Positions 26,682 to 32,000 of a stretch of 32,000 nucleotides of DNA are shown piece by piece. Origin of the DNA: Candidatus Atelocyanobacterium thalassa isolate ALOHA (GTDB taxonomy: Bacteria; Cyanobacteriota; Cyanobacteriia; Cyanobacteriales; Microcystaceae); NCBI RefSeq assembly GCF_000025125.1, contig NC_013771.1, positions 1,230,001 to 1,262,000 on the forward strand. The letters are read 5' to 3'. Positions within the stretch are counted from its first letter, which is position 1. Each line of letters begins with the position of its first letter. The translations under genes and the position numbers were made by a program. The notes under the pieces are model-generated. The model saw only the letters and a list, made by a program, of their open reading frames with translations, was not told the origin of the DNA and searched no databases.

Positions 26682-27635
26682 TCAAACCATAGTTAATTCT
26701 CCGATAACTTCTAAACGTTTATGTTTAGTTAAAATAGTAAATGTTTCCGATAATATCTCAGCTACAGCTGGACTAATCCATCCCATTTGCCGTAATAAAT
26801 GAATAGCAACTGTATGTTTAGCTCTTTTAGATCCGTCAATTACTTTAATAGCCAGACCCATTCCTTGGCCTACTTGCCCAACACATTGAATACCCTCTGC
26901 ACCAGTTTTACTAACTAATTGTCCTTTTGTTAGATGCATTAATTCTGTATCAAAACTTCCAGATCCGGCTATTATGTCAGGGTAATATGTCATAGCTCTG
27001 AGAACCCTCTCTAAATCAAGATGATTACCTGAAGCTAGTTGAGCATATAAATGAGCCATTTGTGATAGTTTCATGGAATAAGTAGGAACTCCACAGTCAT
27101 CATGAGCACCAATTAATTCTTCTCCTGGTATTTTTAGTAGTTCTCCTATTTTTTTTAATATTAATTGCTGTATGGAAGATGTTCGTTTTAAATAAGTATT
27201 AAGTGGCCAATTTCTTTGTTTGCAAACAGCTAGCATCGCTGCATGTTTTCCTGAACAGTTATGATATAAGGGGCTGTTATATTCTTTAGGTACTGGACAT
27301 TGTAAAGAACTAGGATCAATATCTGTTTGCCATAATATATTAAATACTTGTCTTACTTGATCAATTCGTCCCTGGTGAGAACTGCAAATAATAGCTAAAT
27401 CTTTATCGTTTAATTGGTATCGTTCCAATGTACCTGTCCCCATTACTGCTAGAGCTTGAAATGGTTGAAGTGCAGAACGAACAAAAGCTGTGGTTTCTGC
27501 ATTACCAGCAACTAACAAAGTACGTCCACGATCATCACAAACAGTAGCTTCTGCAGAGTGAGTAGATTCAACTATTCCTTCTCGAAGCAAATTGATTTCT
27601 ATCTTAGGTGCTGAGTATCTTTTTGCTCTAGTCAT
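26682..27635 (-). CDS. Asparaginase (L-asparaginase II, Rhizobium-type family)
   Basis: 317 aa. LREGIVESTHSAEATVCDDRG...AFVRSALQPFQALAV fits the pattern RGG.vES.H...RSa.KP.QA. CSGKHAAML also fits the family. Confidence 0.75.
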   Translation of the reverse strand: MTRAKRYSAPKIEINLLREGIVESTHSAEATVCDDRGRTLLVAGNAETTAFVRSALQPFQALAVMGTGTLERYQLNDKDLAIICSSHQGRIDQVRQVFNILWQTDIDPSSLQCPVPKEYNSPLYHNCSGKHAAMLAVCKQRNWPLNTYLKRTSSIQQLILKKIGELLKIPGEELIGAHDDCGVPTYSMKLSQMAHLYAQLASGNHLDLERVLRAMTYYPDIIAGSGSFDTELMHLTKGQLVSKTGAEGIQCVGQVGQGMGLAIKVIDGSKRAKHTVAIHLLRQMGWISPAVAEILSETFTILTKHKRLEVIGELTMV

Positions 27636-27840
27636 GAGAAATTAAATTTATGAAGTAGAGATTATGGTATCTCTTTTAAAGTATTTGAAATAATTGACCA
27701 AGAATTATTAATATTTTACATAAATTGATCTTAGAAACTTATATAAAATGATATCTTTAGGGGCTTTTGTTAACGTTTTTTATCGTAAAGGTATGATATT
27801 TTAACAAGCAAAATTCCTAAATAACTATTTTTTAAATTGT

Positions 27841-28341
27841 TTAAAAATAAATCCATACTATAATATGGCTGAACATAACAAAGGTTAATATACTAATTGT
27901 ATTAGTTAGCCTATTTACTATAGGATTAACTTGATGAGACATTATTAAATGATCACGTATAATCATTTCTGGAGGCTTTATCCAGGTCTGTCCATCATAC
28001 CATCCTGATTCTTCATAGAAAATTGTTTTCTTTTTAAGACGCCCTTTAATATGATACCAGCCTGAAATTAATTGTAGTAAAAATAAAACTAAGAGTACTC
28101 CCGCCCCTATGTCACTGGATACAATAAATGGCAATAAAGATTGATCAGGAGGAAAGCTGGCTGCAGCTAAGGGACTAGAAAGAAGCCATCCAATACTCCA
28201 TATGATAATAATGTTACGCAAAAATAAACGACTTCCAGAAGTTGCTAGACAGAAAAACCAAGATGTTTTTAATTCTTCATATTCATTAATAGGTTGCTGT
28301 TCGGATGGAACAGGACAAACTTTAACAAACTGTCTTTTCAT
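27841..28341 (-). CDS. ycf36: Ycf36 / DUF1230 (CGLD27-like) membrane protein
   Basis: 166 aa. The N-terminus has CPVPSEQQPINEYEELKTSWFF, characteristic of Ycf36/DUF1230, followed by two TM helices. Its start overlaps the rsfS stop codon (ATGA). Confidence 0.75.
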   Translation of the reverse strand: MKRQFVKVCPVPSEQQPINEYEELKTSWFFCLATSGSRLFLRNIIIIWSIGWLLSSPLAAASFPPDQSLLPFIVSSDIGAGVLLVLFLLQLISGWYHIKGRLKKKTIFYEESGWYDGQTWIKPPEMIIRDHLIMSHQVNPIVNRLTNTISILTFVMFSHIIVWIYF

Positions 28342-28724
28342 GGCTCAATGGTTCCCAATGGTGAAAATTCTAATCGTTTGGCATTATTCCAAAAAGCTTC
28401 TAGATTATAGAACTCTCTTTCCTCAGGTAAAAAAATATGGGCAATTACATCTCCAAAATCCTGTAAAATCCAATTACTGTCTTTTTTACCTTCTGAGTGT
28501 CTAGGAGCTTTATCGTATTCTTGATAAACTTTTTCTTGAATTGTTTGAGCTATAGCTTTTAATTGAGTTTTTGAAAAACCAGTTGCTATGACAAAATAGT
28601 CAGCTAAATAACATATTTCTGTAACTTCTAAAATAAGAATATTGCTTGCTTTTCTATCCTTAGCCGCCATTGCAATAGTTTTTGCAAGTTCCTGATTTAG
28701 ATATTTTTTTGTATTTTCAATCAC
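28338..28724 (-). CDS. rsfS: Ribosome silencing factor RsfS (Iojap family)
   Basis: 128 aa. Typical RsfS blocks are present: KASNILILEV, LADYFVIATGFS, WILQDFGDVIAHIF and REFYNLEAFW. Confidence 0.9.
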   Translation of the reverse strand: MIENTKKYLNQELAKTIAMAAKDRKASNILILEVTEICYLADYFVIATGFSKTQLKAIAQTIQEKVYQEYDKAPRHSEGKKDSNWILQDFGDVIAHIFLPEEREFYNLEAFWNNAKRLEFSPLGTIEP

Positions 28725-28866
28725 TGTTTAACCACTGAATAATTTTCAATAGTGCTGTTAAAGTTAATCATTTATTGCTTATAGATTATATTGTACAGAT
28801 TTTTGTAAAAAATAACTAATTGAGCATAAATTAATTTTATAAAGATAAACTACATATTCTCCAAAT

Positions 28867-31800
28867 TTACGTAAAGTTCAAACTTAATTGAATATGATTA
28901 AATGACTGTTCTTTTACTTCATGTTGTTGTTTAAACAAATAACATTCTTCAAACCACCATTCAGAATTGCCAGAAAGTTTTTGGTCTTTCAAAAGCCATT
29001 TTTCAAAAACTGCTTCTCTATTATCATTAGGAGGAACTACTTGATAAATACGAAATCTTTTTTTACCAATTTTTTGGCTTCCGCAACTATTAAGGCTGAA
29101 ACCTATTTTATCTAGTAATTTTCTTATGATTGTAATTGGGCTAGCATTATTAGCAATACCAACTTTCATTATAGATTTAATATCTCGTTTATTACTTATT
29201 GCCAAATGAGACATTTTTACTAAATCAGGATCAATATTAATTATTTTTCTATTTATGTCATTCAATAAAGTATGAATGCCTAAGACTTCCAATATTCCTA
29301 TAGTTGCTCCTAATTGAGAACTGTTAAAATCAGGCAAGAATATACTTCCTTCTCCTTGTCCTATCATTTTTTGCGCAATCTTAGAATCTCTTTCCGCCAA
29401 GTGAATACGACCTTTTGTTAAAAAGTAGTGAATCCTTAATTTTTGATACCACCCATTATTATCTAACATTACCAACTCTGGCGTAACAGGTATGGAGTAA
29501 AGTAACTTCAAATTATATTTTCTTAATTTTCTTCGTTCTGTAGCAGTCTTAACCAACGATCTCTTTAAAGTTTTATATTCTTCCTGAGTTAAATCTTCAG
29601 CTTGACTAATGTTTTCAGATTCTAACCTATAATTATTTTCTCTAATTTCTTCAATAGTCTCTATTAAACTATTCTTTTCTAAAGAAAAATATAATTTATT
29701 ATTTTGATATTTTTTAGTTCGAGAGTTTTTATTCTCGTTAGAAAATTCAACCTTATGGTTAGCTTGTTGAATAAAGCTAATAATTGTTTCTCTATACGTA
29801 ATCATTTTGGCATTCATACGTACTGCCATCTTCCCCCAAGATAGTAAAGATTCTCCTTGAAAACCTATATCTAAATCTTCTAAAGACTCTAAATCAGATT
29901 GTTGTAAAAATCTGATATTTAAGTTCGTTAGACGATGACCTGAAGTTAACAATCCTGGAATTGAAACTGAGCCATTACCCACCCTATTAAAACCATAGGA
30001 TGCTAACCAGAGATAGCGAGGGATATTTTCTCTTACCCTTCCTAGTGATTGAATAACAGATGTAGGATTTTGAATACCTTGAGCTAGACACCAAACAGAG
30101 CTGAAATGTCCTTTTACATCAATACTAATTCCTGTCTCAAGAACAGGACTAGTAATAACAACATCATATTTGGTTAATATTGAATCTAAATGATCAATAC
30201 ATTTATAAGCACTATGATTTGGATCTATTAGAGACTCAGAATCGATACGAAGAATTTTGGCTTCAGGAAATTGTTGTTGTAGATATAATTCTAAAGTTTG
30301 TGTGCCCCATTTGCTAGTTAATTTCTGAGCTGATAGACAAATATAAGGTTTGCCGCCTTTTTGAATATGTTCTACTAAATCTTTTAAAAACTTCTTAGGA
30401 GTATTTTCTATATAGTTGTAAGCTTTCCATGTACTTGAAGATTTAGGTATCCAGTTATTTCTAACTATGTAAGGTTTTATAGGATATCCAGATAAAGTAA
30501 TTAGATACTCTACTGAAATATTGCTTAAATCTGCGTCTGCAACGAATAGCCTACCTTTCCCATTCATAACTGACTGCATTAAACTCTTTAAGCATCTTAG
30601 AATGGAGACTCGATTATTAGAACAAGTATCAGAATTAAGACCATGCCAAAGTACTTGTTCAACCTCATCAATAATAATTAATGCATCTTGCCAATCATTT
30701 GGATTAAAATTTGCCTGTGATTTCTCGTGCAGAGAATCAATACAAAGACCATATCCATAATGTCTTTTTGAATTATCTTGGTATTCCGTAATATATGATA
30801 GTCCAAAGCGTTGACAAAGCTGTTGAACTAATTTGATACGATGCCCAATGACTAAAATTTTTTGTTTTTTTGCAATTGCTTTCTGAACAATTTTAGATAA
30901 GAATTTAGTTTTTCCGGTACCAATACCAGATTTTATAGCAACTAGTTTTTCCGTTTCCGGTATAGATAAGTTAGGAATGTAAGGAGTATTAATTTCTAGA
31001 TTGGAATCAAGAGTTAAATGGTTTAGTTCCTTTGCTTTCCAAGTTTCAATAGGAAGAGCCTTGTTGTAACACTCATTAAAAGAATCATTACCAGAATTTA
31101 ATAAAAAATCATCTACTCCTTTTCCATATTTCAAATCCCAGGTAATTACTTTAACCTGGCATTTTAAAGAATTCATTAAAAATCCTAATTTTTTAATTGC
31201 TTTATTAACCGCCTTTACAGTATTAGGTTTGTTATCTTGATCAAAGACTATATAAATATTTCTTCCTCTTGCAACTAGTTTATGTAATTGAGGAATTAAG
31301 TAAGATTTTCCAATACGATTACCAATCTCATCTTTTGGCGTCCGATAACCATTATTAATACCAGGAAGGGCAACAGCTACATAGCCTGTAGTTAGTAACG
31401 CACCTGCTTTTTTTGCCCCTTCTGTTATGCAAAGTGGAATAGACTTATTGTCAATTACCCATTGCCAAAAGCCAAAGTCTGATTGAGATTTATCAACCAT
31501 TTCTAATCTAAATTCGATGTTATATCTTTCAGCTATTCTTCGCCATAAATGTAGTGGTACTCTTAAAGCAAAAATACCTGTTGGTGTTTTTGGAGGATGT
31601 TCATATCTAATTATTCTATTTTTATCATGATTAAAGCGTGGCTTATCTGGTTTAAAGCATCCCCAAAGATCGCTTGATCCTGTCATAACATCAATACCAG
31701 AACACCACCATCCCCCTTCTTCTACATGTTCATAACGCTTTAAGATAGAGTTGCTAAGCCTACCGTTATTTCTTCTGGTAAGTTCATCAGAATATAGTAA

Positions 31801-31896
31801 ATATTCTGACGAAGAGGTTCCTTTTAAAGTTTTTACATTTAATTCAATCAATTGCCTATCAACGCAACTGTTCAACCATTCTTGTTCATGTCCCAC
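28867..31896 (-). CDS. Toprim(DUF3854)-helicase fusion protein, of the cyanobacterial plasmid replication protein (CyRepA-like) type
   Basis: 1009 aa with a GTG start preceded by GGAG 8 nt upstream. The N-terminal Toprim-like region has CITEGAKKAG and IYIVFDQDNKP (E and DxD). The central P-loop helicase has Walker A GIGTGKTK, Walker B IIIDEVEQ, SPVLETGISID and QSLGRVR. I recognise nothing in the ~380-aa C-terminal region. Confidence 0.7.
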   Translation of the reverse strand: MGHEQEWLNSCVDRQLIELNVKTLKGTSSSEYLLYSDELTRRNNGRLSNSILKRYEHVEEGGWWCSGIDVMTGSSDLWGCFKPDKPRFNHDKNRIIRYEHPPKTPTGIFALRVPLHLWRRIAERYNIEFRLEMVDKSQSDFGFWQWVIDNKSIPLCITEGAKKAGALLTTGYVAVALPGINNGYRTPKDEIGNRIGKSYLIPQLHKLVARGRNIYIVFDQDNKPNTVKAVNKAIKKLGFLMNSLKCQVKVITWDLKYGKGVDDFLLNSGNDSFNECYNKALPIETWKAKELNHLTLDSNLEINTPYIPNLSIPETEKLVAIKSGIGTGKTKFLSKIVQKAIAKKQKILVIGHRIKLVQQLCQRFGLSYITEYQDNSKRHYGYGLCIDSLHEKSQANFNPNDWQDALIIIDEVEQVLWHGLNSDTCSNNRVSILRCLKSLMQSVMNGKGRLFVADADLSNISVEYLITLSGYPIKPYIVRNNWIPKSSSTWKAYNYIENTPKKFLKDLVEHIQKGGKPYICLSAQKLTSKWGTQTLELYLQQQFPEAKILRIDSESLIDPNHSAYKCIDHLDSILTKYDVVITSPVLETGISIDVKGHFSSVWCLAQGIQNPTSVIQSLGRVRENIPRYLWLASYGFNRVGNGSVSIPGLLTSGHRLTNLNIRFLQQSDLESLEDLDIGFQGESLLSWGKMAVRMNAKMITYRETIISFIQQANHKVEFSNENKNSRTKKYQNNKLYFSLEKNSLIETIEEIRENNYRLESENISQAEDLTQEEYKTLKRSLVKTATERRKLRKYNLKLLYSIPVTPELVMLDNNGWYQKLRIHYFLTKGRIHLAERDSKIAQKMIGQGEGSIFLPDFNSSQLGATIGILEVLGIHTLLNDINRKIINIDPDLVKMSHLAISNKRDIKSIMKVGIANNASPITIIRKLLDKIGFSLNSCGSQKIGKKRFRIYQVVPPNDNREAVFEKWLLKDQKLSGNSEWWFEECYLFKQQHEVKEQSFNHIQLSLNFT

Positions 31897-32000
31897 GCTT
31901 TTGTCTCCACTTTTAATGCTACAAAAAGCATTATCTATAGTGTCAGGATCTAGATCCTAAGGAAAAAAAACTAAATATGGAAGATACAAATAAACTACTA

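Noticed and set aside
28202-31960. Plus-strand ORFs 28202..28504, 28921..29115, 30521..30760 and 31751..31960
   Set aside because: All are antisense to ycf36/rsfS or to the 1009-aa Toprim-helicase gene. They are short and lack motifs.

Overview
Chromosomal segment of a very AT-rich (about 30% G+C by eye) cyanobacterium. The assignment rests on chlD, ndhL, a ChpX/CupB-type CO2-hydration protein, ycf36/DUF1230, DUF3007 and an RRM-type Rbp. The window is densely coding: 27 supported protein genes, one of them truncated at the left edge, plus three tRNAs: Asn-GUU, Arg-UCU and an initiator-like Met-CAU. Most genes are housekeeping: pepA, chlD, a upp-like gene, rbp, era, recN, mlaE-like, an AI-2E transporter, rsfS, an asparaginase and a DnaJ-like protein. 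No CRISPR array, rRNA, transposase or integrase is visible. Four regions look least ordinary. (1) A tight FkbM-methyltransferase / unclassified polytopic membrane protein / GT39 (ArnT-like) trio at 7.5-12.1 kb. (2) An 812-aa fusion of a polyferredoxin-like CxxxCP membrane domain with a C-terminal four-EF-hand module at 13.4-15.9 kb. (3) A 1009-aa Toprim(DUF3854)-helicase protein of the cyanobacterial plasmid-Rep (CyRepA-like) type, sitting among core genes at the right edge. (4) A cupB-ndhL-DUF3007 neighbourhood. Smaller oddities are a 61-nt perfect palindrome after rbp, in-frame tandem repeats in the ChlD linker, degenerate active-site motifs in the UPRT-like and UDG-like genes, and an orphan CysO-like sulfur carrier. 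All functional calls come from motif recognition by eye, without database searches.
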